Shown: positions 1-12,814, numbered from the stretch's first letter. The stretch: 64,000 nucleotides of DNA from Amphiscolops sp. MND2022 (GCA_964187785.1 OZ076418.1:27094001-27158000), one strand, 5' to 3'. Notes: generated from the sequence alone by a model not told the origin. Numbers and translations: made by a program.

Positions 1-3000
1 TGGTCCACCAGAAATATATAAAGATTTTGCCGAAAACCGCCAAGTTACACATATTTCTAGCTCTTCCCGCTTGAAATTTTCATTCTTTTTCATTCTCTTG
101 TCACTATGGTTGACTCTTAAGATAATACTCTTGAAGAAATTAAAAAGGCAAGAACTTTCACTTGAAATTGACACTTTTCCGGACACATTTCAGCAGAACG
201 CTTCTATTGAGAAAACTCCACCCAATCTCCACAATTGCAGGCTGTAGAACCGATTAACAGATCCAAACCTCAATTGAAAAAATTTTGTTCCTTTCGTCGC
301 AAAAATAATCATTCAGTATGTACTTGTTACCGAAGACTCAATATGCTCAAAGAATCCAAACCTCAATCAAAATCACCTACTTTCTTTTTTTATCAACAAT
401 TAAAAACTCCGAAACTAAATCAAATACCCAGACTCCTGGTTCTCGTTACCCTGGTCGAAGTAACAGTAACCCCTATCGAAAATTTTTTCGAGAACCTCGA
501 TATACATCCCGTTCACGTTCTCGTTCCAATTCTCGTCCAAGAAATTTTGGCAGGCAATCACCTCATAATCTCCTCATTATCTTACCTCTGATCATAACCG
601 ACCTCGATATGATCAATTTTATAGAAAATCCCTCTCAACAAAGTATTACACTTAACCCTCCAAACCACGCACTGATCGTTATCACATTCTTTGTACAATC
701 TATTTATACGTACAAGCCCACAATTAACTAATCTCAACGGTCTTCATCTACTCATAATCAATCCTCTACTGAACCTAACTTAGAAATCAGTATGTATCAC
801 CCAACTACTTCTCTTAAATCACCTTCCACTTCAACAAGCAATCATGCTAACACTATTAATCTTCCTACTTGCTTTGTCAATTTATAAAACGTCAAACCTC
901 CTTAAGACTTCTCCTTACCCTCTAAGCTAGAACTTTTGTTTTTGTTAGATTTTGGTGCCTCTATATGTCCAAATCTACCCCTTCCAAAAGTGACTTTAAA
1001 ACTATAAATGTTGACGTTGAAGTACTTATAATGTTCATTGGACTTCTTACATTATATTCTCGCACGCTTGTCGCATCCGTGGAAGTGCTAGCGCTCACAT
1101 TAACCCATTCACAGTAGCAAAAACTAATTGTATTTTTTTTGGTCTACCTTTTTTTGAAAAACATTTTACACTTATTCTTGAACGTAAGTCACGTATATTT
1201 AAGCACCAAATGAATCTCACGTTAACACTCATTCTTTTACCGCTCAAAAAAAGGAAAAGGCTACCCGTTCGTTTTTTTACATATATACAATTAGGGTAAA
1301 AACAAACATCTCTTAAACCCAATGCTTCACAGATCATCCATTTCCCATTTCAATCTACCCTTTCTTTATCCTTCAGAACTTCCGAAAACGAAGTCATATT
1401 TCCTTAAAGACCTCACCCATCTTTAACACCCGCTGCAACTCTTCATTCAGCTTTCTCCAAGTCTATCAAAATGTCAAATCTGAACCTAACAGTTTCTCCG
1501 TTTCAATCCAAATACTTATTCATACTTCTGCAAATCTCTCGCCAGGAACGTTTGGCTATTTTGAAGTTCCTGCTACAAAAATTAAACCACACACTCTAAA
1601 GATATTGATGCTAACACAATTCACACTATATTCGAACTATATAACCATATTCACACTATCTTTCGTTCATTCTACCCAGAACTCTCAGAACCCAAACCTG
1701 CTGTTCGTCGTTTCTCACTCCCATAAACTAATATTGAAATCAGTAACCTACAACCTTCCCAAATTATAGATGGACCTCTTCCTCCATCACCGTTTTCACC
1801 TGAAATTCAACAACTCCCTTACGAATTCAAACATTAATGACCTGACGCCAGCGATTCCGAATATTTAAAACTTTGCTCCATTCTGGTTAAATATCAATAT
1901 TGTTATGTCACTCACCGTAATGATTGCTGTTGGTATAACATCTACGCCTTTCAGAATTCGCCTCGAACCCAATGATAAACTTCAAATTCAAAAAGTAACT
2001 AAAATTCAAATCCAAAATAGAGAAAAACTCGATAAATTACATGATGAATTAGGACGACACAACAATTTTAGACAAAATGGCTCCACCCCTTCAGATACAT
2101 CTTTTTTGGAGGTACATTTTTATATCCACTCAATATAGTCCCTAAAAGAGATACTATTAAAGTGGTTTTCGACGCAAGACACTTAAACTCTAACACTGAT
2201 CAATCATTTGAATCTTTCCCTATTGAACCTCTAGCTCAATTAGCAAGAGATAACAAACACTTTATATCTGCAATTGATATCTCATGTATTGATCTCATCC
2301 ACAAGCTCCTTTAGACGAAGAAACTATTGAACCTTCAAGTTTTTAGTGTCTTAGAGGACTCCCATTTTTTTCACCAAACAATTGTACTACTTTTTTCGGA
2401 TACCAGTTGACAAAGTTTCGCGCCACAACGGTGCGACGAGCCCGTGGCGCCACCGTGATGAAAAAGAACTGCAGTCGAAATCTCTCAACAAACATTTTGA
2501 ATTTTGTTAACACTCGATTTGTATATATTTTTCAACTATTTTATGCAAATTGTTTGTCTTTTTTCTGTGATTGAATCATTTTCAACCATTTCTAGGTCAC
2601 CTATTTGGGTTCTTCCTCAACCAGCAGTTGCCTTAAGATATGACTCATAGCAAATGATGACATAAGACTACTCATTTTGTGAATAGATGATTTCATGATA
2701 TGAATTTCATGTTTTCATCTTTTTTGAATCCTGGGTACAAAGAGAAAAAAATTTAAATACCTCTTGATACTCGATTGTTTCTTTTAATATTGCGATTTTG
2801 CTAAGACTTTCGAATCTTTTTCGTATGAAACAACAATTTCACGTGCGAAAGATGGGATATAGAAGAAACAGACAATCTAGAAATCGAAAAGACTAGAGAT
2901 TCCTTCCACAGAAAGAGAGACAACGGAAGTACATGTAGATACGCCAAACTCAGGTAATATGACTTTAACTAATGTAAATGTTGCAAATCAAGAAAATTTA

Positions 3001-6000
3001 GGTGAAAACAGCTTGATTTGTTAGTTGACTGAACCTAGTGAGATAGACAATGAGATACAAGTATATACTCAAATCTTTGAGAGAAAAACAATGATAGGAT
3101 CATGAAAATGACAGAAGAAATGAAGAACAAACTTTTTGCTATTTTAAAAGAGAGAAAAAACCAACAAAAGTGTATCTACAGTGACAAATCCAAGGTCTGA
3201 AACAAATGATACCCAAGATGTAATGTGCAACACCCGAGATCCAACTTGATAAGTCAAAAGGAGTGCACGACTCAAAGTAACAAAAAGTCAGACTCAGAAA
3301 ACGAAGATTGACTTCTCATAGCCTCTGGAATGAAAGATCTAAGGCAACCAGCTATACCATGAAACTGAAACAAAATAAACTTAGACGCAACATTAGTTTT
3401 CAGAGGACTGAGAGGAGGAGTATTATCACACCAATGCTTTGCACCCGTATATTGGTGATATCATCAATGTGGCTCACACTAAACCTCGTATGATAGAACT
3501 CATTGAACAATTACACCAAATTTGTAGCTCTAATAATCCTGAGTTTGCTCATGAAAAATATTTTTATATCTTCCTCACTGTGAACTTTCTTGGACAAGAT
3601 ATTGGCAATAATACAATTGAACCCATCTCCTCACGAAGTCGAAATAATGCAATTTTTTGGATCAATGAAATTTTACTCCCAAACTATAAACAAACTCTTT
3701 TATTTAACAAAAATAAACTTTTGCAGTTCCTAATACCACTCTTCCTTTCTACATGACGGTGGACGCTTCTTTTATTGATTTAGGTGGAAGTTTATTTCAA
3801 CCCAATTCAGATAACAAAAGGCAATTTATTGTTTACAACTCTCGTATAATAACAATTCAAGAGCAAAAGCCGCCTTCTACTCATATCAGAGAACTCTGTG
3901 CTATAACTTTTGCTTTTTCGCAATAAGAGTTCATTGATATGGGCTCAAAATTTACAAACATTGTTTTTATTGATCACAATCATTGTTTGTATCCTTTCAC
4001 CCGCAAAGGAAACTTCACCCGCACTATGAAGCCCTAATACTCGAATCTTCAAATCATTCATACTGCAGGTACTAAATTAACTGTGACTGACTTGCTCAGC
4101 CGAGATATTTCAATTGTAACAAAAACTGTCAAGTACAACACACAACACTACCACAACATATTAAATTTGTTCAACTCAAACAAAATAAACTCTTTAAAAC
4201 AAACTCATTATTTGGTTGAACACGATGTTTTACCCACGCATAAAAATGATTACCACCCATTTCTTGCTGATTGTGTTGATGATCAATATACACTCCGTAT
4301 TGAAGAAAAAGTTATTAGTCTGTTACTTACACCCCACTTAGTTCTTTTCCATTTCATATCGTATCATTTTTCTTTAAAAAAATATATAAAAACACTAGTG
4401 CAAACAAAGTTAACACATGACTTCAACGAAACCCACACTTAAATGAAACTGAGATATATGAAGATGATGTCCCCGTTACTAAAAGAATTCCATCACAGAA
4501 ATTTATACAAACTCAAAGTCCACCTACTATTAATAAAATCTTTTTTGAATTACAACACCAAAATAACCATGACTGACATCTTTCTCATGAATTTTTTTTA
4601 CAAATATTACAAATTTTTCGATACTAAACTCTATACATATTTTCTTCCTTCCGGGTAAGACCTTTTTAACGATACGTATTCTCCTATAGGCCCAAAAAGA
4701 TGATCCCGTTCTCTGAATTACACATTTTAACACATGGTTATAACAAATACAAAAATCTTTCACCTTTACTCCATTTATTAAAGCTAACTCTTTCCAATAG
4801 ACTTTTCAAAAAAGAATTTCAACAATTTTACTTAGGCCCTAATCCATATTTAATCAAATACTATACACCCAATTCTCGTATATTAGAAGAACTTTTCACT
4901 AAATCTCAACCATCTTTTAACCAAATTCGAATTTGTTTACCATTCAAACTTTTCTACGCTGCTTTTGATGAAACGCATTCACATGATTGTTCAGAAGAAA
5001 AACTTTTCATCAAAACTTCTAGTCAATTTTGTTGTATTCCAAACTCGCCACTATCTTTTTTTGTATTTTCGTTCATGATTGTATTGAATGTCAAACAAAC
5101 AAACACTGCCCTATTGAACCTTCCTCAAAATCTGGTAACTGATCGAAGTACTGAATATATTGTTCAAGATATGACACATTTTGCCCTCGCTTTATTATTA
5201 AACACACTCCACGTACTCCATATTCTCCTTGGACAAATGGTTCAGCTGAAGTTCAAAATCATAATCTTGGAACCTATTTTCGTCTTTTTTCTACAAAACC
5301 ACAATTACCAACTGGTCATTTCAATCTCAAATAGTATGCCCACACTCACAACACTACTCCTCTTTCTCAGCTTAAACTTTCTCTAAACCTAATTCTTTTT
5401 CACACATCCTCTTATTCCGTAAACCTTTTCTCTCAATCTAATATGCAACTCCTTCGAAGACTGGGTCGCCACCTATTGCGATTCACATCACCTCACACAC
5501 ATTATAGTGATCAAGATCTGAACCCTTTCTTCCTTTCTCTCATTATTAAACCTATTTCTTCGTGGCTTCTATCGGCAGAACTTGCATTGTTACAATTATA
5601 CTGACACTCAAATACTTCTATTAAAACTATCGCACAATAACAAAAAGTTTTGACCTCACCTCATAGTCATTAAAACATATCTGATCCTGATATTACCAAA
5701 GACACCTTAGATATTACCTATGACTCAGTTGATTCTGATTTTGAAGTGGTCCGAAATTCTTTATATCATTCTACCACTTCTAGTTCACCACCTTTTAATT
5801 CTTCTGAGTATCCTTTCTCGTTGTACCCACGTTTCGCTGCCCTAGACTTCACTTTTGATTTTCTACTTGAAAATCAAACACAACCTACTCACATTAGAGC
5901 TCCTCATTCACTTTATAAAATACTTCCACTTTCATCAAAAACACATAACGACCCACCTTACTTTAAATATCTTACTATAGTTTCTTTACAATTTCCGACA

Positions 6001-6050
6001 TCAAATAACCTTCTGTCTAGGCACCTTCGCTTTTTGAATTAAAAATATCA
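1..6050 (+). mobile_element. Decayed Ty3/Gypsy LTR retrotransposon (gag-PR-RT-RNaseH-IN remnants, many stops and frameshifts; 5' end outside window)
   Basis: RS-rich gag tail (318-731); protease-like LLDFGASIC at ~942-968; RT segments (VVFDARHLNSNTD ~2160, SAIDIS ~2270, degenerate YIGD ~3450); integrase HHCC (ETHSH ... DCIECQT) and core LVTDRSTEY in 4700-5400. Domain order PR-RT-RH-IN is Gypsy-type. No LTR pair identified. Confidence 0.85.
2383..3430 (+). mobile_element. ~1.05-kb insertion interrupting the RT of the decayed Gypsy; probable solo LTR of another family
   Basis: Begins TGTA, ends CACA; flanks ACAAT/CCAAT (4 of 5 match); RT-like reading stops before it and resumes after it; base composition shifts to purine-rich. 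Confidence 0.45.
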
Positions 6051-6421
6051 GAAAACGGTTCAATGATCAACCGAAATGCCTTTTTTCCTCTATTTCGCCT
6101 TTGCTCAGAATTTTGTTGGACAGTTATTGCCATCTTCTTCAAACTATGCTAGGCATATAGCTTAGATTTTATGTACAAAGGCATGGGTAGATAAATACAC
6201 GGACCAAATTCAAACAGCTGTATGAAGAATATCATATGCAAATAAGTTTAATAATTTGAAGATATAAAAGAACTTCGTACACTTGGCTTATATGCATTTT
6301 TTTCCAAAAAATTATTTGCGAAATAACTGTGTAACAAAAGCAAGCAGTAGCCGTCGCTTCCGTCGTCAATGAAGGTGCAGGAACTCATGACATGGGTATT
6401 TCCCCAGATTGGCGGCCATGG

Positions 6422-6867
6422 TCACACGTCCATTTTGCCTCCTGAGAAAAAACTTGCCCCGTCAGGAGATGATTTTGCCTCTAACTCTAAGGAGTACTTA
6501 CGGTATGCATTTTTAACGGGAAGAAAAACTGATTTCAGGCAATTATAACAGTAGCACTCTGCTAAAGAATGCACAAATTTTAGTTTGAGTTCTGTCTTTG
6601 CGTAATTAGTATTCAGATAATTAAGTAAGTATTTTTTTCGCAAAAACTTGGCGCTATCTCGGTCCAATTTTTGGGTTCTCCGCTTTGGCTATAATGATTT
6701 TGTGTTTTGCAGTTCTCGGGACAAGTCTTTGAGCCGACACGGACACCATTTGCAGAATATGACTGAAAATTGTAGTCCCGTTGGATGTCTTCGAATTTTT
6801 CCGACATTTCACAAATGTTGATATGACAGGGGATCGTTACAAGCTCCTCGGGGTCTATGCTTGGCAT
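6422..6867 (-). CDS. Putative small Cys-rich protein of unknown function (one homopolymer frameshift, possible 60-nt intron)
   Basis: ORFs 6613-6888 and 6422-6667 join if one base is added to the T5 run at 6668-6672 (..GEPKKLDRDSAKF..); ATG at 6867; GTAAGT...TTTTTTCTCAG at 6501-6442. Confidence 0.35.
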
Positions 6868-7336
6868 CTCCGTCAATTGTGAAGTCAAATGGCAGCAACG
6901 ATGACGTCATCTAGGTTGTGGCGCCCATCATGCGTCCCGAAATATCAATGTCACAGAGCGTCGTCTTTGGAGTCACGTATGATTCAAAATGATTCAATGT
7001 TTTACTGCAGTTTGCTATTTGAAAACTCATACTGCAAAGTTCTAATACTTTTTCGTGAGCAGAGTTGTTCGGGTAAAGTTTTTATTCGGTGTATCTGTGG
7101 TTTTTTTGACAGTATAAAGATACAATTTGTTGGCCGTGACCATGTAACATCAAATAGTTTACTTGTTTTCGAAGCTCGGAAGCTTCATACTACTTTTCGT
7201 AAGCTTTGTTTTTGAGTGGCTGTAATAAAAGCACGTCTTTGCTACTCAAAATGTTTTTCCTCGCAGGGCTTGTTCTCAACTTTGGCTTGCGATCGAAATA
7301 AAAATTTTGTTGAATCTGTTTTCATTTTCTTTTTTC

Positions 7337-8151
7337 AGGAGTCGGAAAAAATTTTCGACTACTTATGCAATCGTGTTGTTTTTTTTGTTTTCTTTTCTCC
7401 CGACCTTTTCATGAAAATTTCAAATTTCTCAAAAACTGTCCATACGATTTTCACGAAATTTTGCACAGTCATTCTACACCCAAAGGGGCCCCTGCATGTG
7501 CAAAGGCATCAAAATCGTATGGCTGTGATGTGAGAAACATAGCCAAAATTAGCCCAAAAATGGCCAAAAAACAGCCATTTTTCGACTTTTTTCGATTTTC
7601 TCAAAAACTGTCCATACGATTCGAACGAAATTTTCTACAGTTATTCTACACCATATTAGAGTCCTATATGTGCAATGGCATCAAAATCGTATGGCTGGGA
7701 TGTGAGAAACATAGCCAAAATTAGCCCAAAAATGGCCAAAAACAGCCATTTTTCGACTTTTTTTGATTTTCTCAAAAACTGTCCATACGATTCGAACGAA
7801 TTTTTCTACAGATATTCTACACCATATTAGAGTCCTATATGTGCAATGGCATCAAAATCGTATGGCTGGGATGTGAGAAACATAGCCAAAATTAGCCCAA
7901 AAATGGCCAAAAAAACAGCCATTTTTCGACTTTTTTCGATTTTCTCAAAAACTGTCCATACGATTCGAACGAAATTTTTTACAGATATTCTACACCATAT
8001 TAGAGTCCTATATGTGCAATGGCATCAAAATCGTATGGCTGGGATGTGAGAAACATAGCCAAAATTAGCCCAAAAATGGTCAAAAAAGGCCCATTTTTCG
8101 ACTTCAGAAAAAAACTTAAGCCGACTCCTTTACCGCACATGCAGCTCTGGT
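7337..8151 (+). mobile_element. Non-autonomous Helentron/DINE-1-like element (family A) with ~4 internal 173-bp tandem units
   Basis: Subterminal inverted repeat AGGAGTCGG (7337) / CCGACTCCT (8121), 3' stem-loop, T-rich flanks; units recur at about 7431, 7603, 7776, 7949. Confidence 0.7.
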
Positions 8152-8423
8152 TTCTTATTTGTTCGAATCTTATAACTATAGCTAATAACAAATCAAAAAG
8201 CGATTGAAGCACAAAAAAGGTGAAGTAACCGTAACTGGAATAGCAAACGTTTTGCTAGCTAACGTGTAATAGGATTAAAGAGAACTAACATTTTCAAAGT
8301 TGATTGTGTAAAAACTGCCCAAAAGTCAGGCGTGGAGTCCTTGTGCTCCACTGCTCATCATAGTTCAAGGTTTTAGTAGTGTGGTTTGCTAGTTTGGAAA
8401 CCTTCATTCAACGCACAGCATTA

Positions 8424-8638
8424 GAGTGCATAGGCAAGCTAAATTTGCTCAAAGCACAATTTTGTGCTTTCAATACCTCGGATTCCACGACCATACCTTT
8501 AACCGTGCAAAATTGGCAAATTACGGCATAGTCCCGGATTCCACGGATTCCAGTAACAAATGCTTAGCTGTACGCACTCTCTCAGTTTTCGTGTCCCGGA
8601 TTCCACGACAAGCAGCAAAATAGCTTGCCTATGCACGG
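8424..8638. mobile_element. Tc1/mariner-type MITE
   Basis: Inverted repeats GTGCATAGGCAAGCTA...TAGCTTGCCTATGCAC; TA dinucleotide on both sides (8422-23, 8639-40). Confidence 0.7.
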
Positions 8639-8768
8639 TAATGAGCAGAGTTTGGCATGACTTCTCGGCCGCTTGGAGCTTCTTGTTTTCCAATATTGAT
8701 ATTTAAAACATTGATAATGACACTCTACGTTCAGGGCTTCGACGAGGCGTTTTACGGAATTCATCAGG

Positions 8769-8868
8769 ACTTATATCTCTACTTTTAAGATGAGTATTTA
8801 TGGCTGGCGGCTGGATGCAGGAATGGAGAGCAGTCAAGTCTTCGGAACATGGATCACAATCCTCAGAT
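8769..8868 (-). repeat. 3' LTR
   Basis: Base-for-base identical (by eye) to 22677-22776; preceded on the minus strand by a purine tract. Confidence 0.92.
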
Positions 8869-8870
8869 TA

Positions 8871-8885
8871 GTTCTCTCTTTTCTT
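8871..8885 (-). promoter_or_regulatory. Polypurine tract
   Basis: Minus strand AAGAAAAGAGAGAAC directly upstream of the 3' LTR. Confidence 0.8.
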
Positions 8886-9435
8886 ATTGAAAACACAACC
8901 ATGCAATTCTCTAGTTATTGTCAGCACTGATGTTTTTGTATTAATAAGTGTTATTATAATTATTTGTTTAAAGATGGTGATCAAATAGTTAAAAGGTTAA
9001 AGTTCTGTCATAGGTAAAATAGTGTTAAGGTCAAATATTTAAGAGTTCTTTCAATCAGTTCTTTTGTCCTCAACAACGGAATGTTTCAGCTATGTTACAC
9101 TTCCTCTCATCGAAAAACTTCCGGCGTCTGAAAAAGAGCCATCATACAGTCTGAGGAGTAGTGTAGTGATGATTAGAAGCTGAAATTGCCATGTTGAGTA
9201 GTCTACTTCCAATAATTCCATTGAAAGAGCCCAAAGAGAAGAGTTTTGGAGAGCAGCACAAGTCCCAGTTTCATGTTGTGATAAAGTTGTATATTTCATC
9301 CAGTCCAGTTGAATATTGTAGAGCCAAAGATTACTACATTTATAATTTACATATACTGCAGAAGAAAATATATGAAAGGATTTGTTTTGATCAATCTCAA
9401 TGATGAATGAATGATTTAACCGAAGGTTCGTGAAG

Positions 9436-11843
9436 TCAAGCAATGGTGTCGGCTTGGTCTGCTTCAAAGTCTCCGGTATCGGGAACCTTTTGGTTAATTG
9501 TAACTTGACAGTTACTTGGGTGTTTTTTGATTGATGATTGAAGATTTTTAATGGGATGGCATTGTTTGAATGCAGTCGTCTCGTATTCAAACATTGAACT
9601 GGCCATTCTGGGGTCTAGTGGACTTTGCATGAGCACTTGATCGCAATTAGCAGATGTAGATGGTTCGTTTAGATTTCTTTTCGATTGTGAACGTGAAAGA
9701 TGATATATTCGTCCAAATTTTTTGTGAAATTTATCCTCAGCATGAGAATCAGTTGTTTCCAATTTCATCATGGGTTTAGCTCGCACTCTTTTTTTGTTTT
9801 TATCAAGTAGGGATGGAAACAATTTCGATGCCAGATTGTAGCGATGATAAATGTACATAAAGATCAAGTGCAAAGCTGTCGATACAATGAACACAGTTAA
9901 TGTCAGCATGAATGAAATTCGGAACGGAACATATTGATTAAATTCTTTCGTTAAGGCTGGTTTCAAGAGTTTCATTTCTGATGCATATGGTCTGGCAATG
10001 TCGATCATGTGTTTGACTTCACGATTCTTTGGTCCTTTTGCTAACTGTAGCTTTACCTCCCTCAATAACTTCACTCCTGCTTCAGCTTTCGATGTGTAGA
10101 ACGGTAATTCGTCCAAAGGGGGGACTTCCATAACCAATGAAGCGATAGGATTAGGCAGAGAAACTTGCAATTTTATCGGTGGAATGTGAGCGCAACTTGA
10201 TAGATCAGATCGGATCTTGATGTTGTCAGTCATGATTTGCATTCCACATGCTAAAGTGATGAGACATATGCGGCATCCGCAAAAAGAAGAGCCCTGAACA
10301 GAGGAAGATGAAACTTCACGAAGGGTAACTGCGTGAGCGGATTGAATTAACCAAATGCCATAGCCTAAGTTTGTTGCTTGTTCTATGGCAGGCAGTTGTA
10401 CAATGGTAGTATCACATACTGCAAGAGCCTCCGATGCTGTACTGGAATACAAGGTGGCTAAACAAGACGAGTGTCCCATCTCTGTTGGAACAGACTCTGA
10501 ACAGATTCGGTAACGAGATGAGCCGAGACAATGCTCAAACTGTTCAGCAGAGAGGACAGATGACTCCATGTGATCCTCCGACAAAGCTAAATATGGAGCT
10601 TCGATGTTCCATGTAAGAGCCGACTGGGGATCGTCTGGATACGGCATCGGAATTAATTTTGCTTCATAGACAGTAAAAACGGTTTGCTTAGATGCTAGCG
10701 GGATGTTCAGGGTCATCAAAAGACCTTCATTAACCGTAATAGCATCTGCTAAGAGCTTGGAATCGAAGTAAGATAGCAGATCTGACATTGGGATAGCTAA
10801 AGACAGCCTATCCTCAGCCGTCGCCTGCTTCATTGCAACACTTCGTAGAATAGCCAATAACGATTCCGTTGGTACCAAAGACATAGGTAAATGACCTCTA
10901 AGTATAACCGGAATCGAATTTAAGATGTTCATGCGGAATGCAAATAAGGCCGCGCGATAGCTCTTAACACTTGCATGTATCATTGCTAGTAGCGAAGATA
11001 AGGTATCGAAATTGAAGTTTAGTTGTTGATTCGAAAAAAGCATTTGGTTGCAGTCGCGGAGTACATGAAAATTATGCTCAAAAACATCAAACTGTTGTTG
11101 AATAAGTGCCCAGTTTTTGTTCTGCGTATCAACAAGTTCCCTTTGGATGTCGTGAAGGGCCGCCAATTCATTTTCTACCATAAAAATTTTTTGTCCGTAG
11201 ATGTTGTAAATTCAGTTACATACTGGGTTAAAATGTCCTGGAAGTCTGATAGTTTGCGTATGTTCTCGGCATTTGCCTTCGCAGCGTCTTGACAGGAACC
11301 AAAAATGCCTTGTAGTCCACAAGAGTCGGAACTACCGAGAGCCACTCCTCCTCCAAAAAGGCCGACTGCAGCAAGAGCCGCTAGTCCCACTTGGGATCCA
11401 CGTCGGTGGCGAGTATTCCGCTGCTGTTGAGGAGGGGAGAGAAACATTGCTGTTTCATTACGTAGGAAGGCAACATCGAGTTCCGCAGTGTGGATTTCAG
11501 TTTCTATTTGTTGTAACATCCAGGTGACATTGAACGGCGTTGAATTTGTTGAAAAGTGACTTGAAAAGTCCAAGGGACAAAAAACAGATGGAAGTTCCCA
11601 CATCGACGCAAATTTGGCCATTAAGGCCACAATATCTGGTTTAAGTGCGAAGTCATAAGTCGGAAAGGGGACTAAAAATTCAGTTTTTATAAATTTCTCC
11701 GCGATCAAGATTTTACTGCGTTCATGGAACAGAACGCCCTTTTCTTGGATTTCGTTCGGGTTATTGGAGGCTTCTAAATTAGAAAGCCACTCACTTCGAA
11801 CTGAAGCAGGGGTGAAGAAAACCAGGAGGAACAAAACTAACAT
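9436..11843 (-). CDS. env: Envelope fusion glycoprotein, class I / baculovirus-F-like (~802 aa after correcting a 1-nt frameshift)
   Basis: Signal peptide MLVLFLLVFFTPASVRS; furin site RHRR (11400-11411) followed by fusion peptide GSQVGLAALAAVGLFGGGVALG; heptad-like helices; Cys-rich core; TM ISFMLTLTVFIVSTALHLIFMYIY; ~135-aa tail. The two ORFs join by adding one base to the run at 11182-11186 (DKKFFMVEN). Confidence 0.88.
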
Positions 11844-12222
11844 GGATCCGTTTTTCTTCGTGTTTTTCCCCCTTTTTTTATAATGGATAAAATCGAATAA
11901 TTTTCGAATGAATACTGTAGCAACTAGTTCGATCGATCTCAAATGCAAGAATGGCACTTTAGGTATTTTTGGGCGGGGTTTGTGGATATTTGAAAGATCA
12001 CAAGAAATGTGATTCCATTTGTTTTCAATATCCGGTGCCCTTTTGATGTTGACAAAATTCGAGTTGTGAAAGTTTGTTTTGACAAGTCATGTTTACGGTA
12101 CTAGTGATATTGGCGTTGTTTAGTTGCACGTAGGTAAGTAATGTGACATCCTGTATTTAAGTGGACATAGGACAGCAAAATGTCATCCAAGTCGAAAAAA
12201 GATTTTCGAGTATTTCAGCTAA

Positions 12223-12633
12223 ATGAAAGTCCTGTACTTGGTTTCGGCATTCTGCCTTTATGCCATTGTTGAAACATGTGTGCAAAGGGAGTGGCGAGGC
12301 CACAAAATACTGTGTTGTCCCAACGGGACTGCTATGGAAGTCTCGCCTGGTCAGAATGTCTGGGTGACACAAAAGACAAGTGTATGTGGCGCATCGAGCA
12401 TCGAAGAAAAACCTGACTCTAAATCGAAAAAAGTGATGAAATGGCTAATCGCCCTACTTGTATTAGGAATAGTTGCGTGCTGTTGCTGGCGGAAATTTCC
12501 TATCCAAAGAATTACTGCAATGATAACAAAATGTTGTCCAACCAAAGCTGACGTGGTCGAAAACCCAAAACTGGAAGTAAAAGTCATCAAAACTGAAGCA
12601 GTTGCGAAACTTCCACGCAGCCAGTCGTTTTAA
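12223..12633 (+). CDS. Small type-I membrane protein (136 aa), antisense accessory ORF
   Basis: ATG start; signal peptide MKVLYLVSAFCLYAIVETC; ~50-aa Cys-containing ectodomain; TM WLIALLVLGIVACCCW; basic cytoplasmic tail; possible leader intron GTAAGT 12134 to TTTCAG 12218. Confidence 0.7.
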   Translation: MKVLYLVSAFCLYAIVETCVQREWRGHKILCCPNGTAMEVSPGQNVWVTQKTSVCGASSIEEKPDSKSKKVMKWLIALLVLGIVACCCWRKFPIQRITAMITKCCPTKADVVENPKLEVKVIKTEAVAKLPRSQSF

Positions 12634-12805
12634 GTGACAAAAAACTAGGTTTTTGTTTTACGTTATGTGTGAGAATAATTTAGTTAGTGTGATAACTGAA
12701 CAATCTGAATTTGACAGCATACTTTTACGTTTACAGCATACGTTTACAGCATACTTTGAAACTTGAAAGGATTTAATGCTACTTGTTTTGATAAAAAACT
12801 TGGCT

Positions 12806-12814
12806 TATAAAAAG
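12806..12814 (+). promoter_or_regulatory. Possible TATA box for the antisense HHCC-OTU transcript
   Basis: TATAAAAAG upstream of the spliced gene; motif only. Confidence 0.3.

Noticed and set aside
1-20. TGGTCC at the window start as a PBS
   Set aside because: Reads as gag-like coding sequence and no upstream LTR is visible.
7400-8100. 173-bp tandem array as a CRISPR-like or coding repeat (ORFs 7365-7724, 7846-8207, 32619-33141)
   Set aside because: Units are contiguous without unique spacers, context is eukaryotic, and the ORFs are incidental translations of the repeat.
9090-9403. Post-env small ORFs
   Set aside because: No motifs; compatible with 3' UTR.
11844-11957. N-terminal extension of Env
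   Set aside because: Starts at GTG; the ATG at 11843 directly begins the signal peptide.
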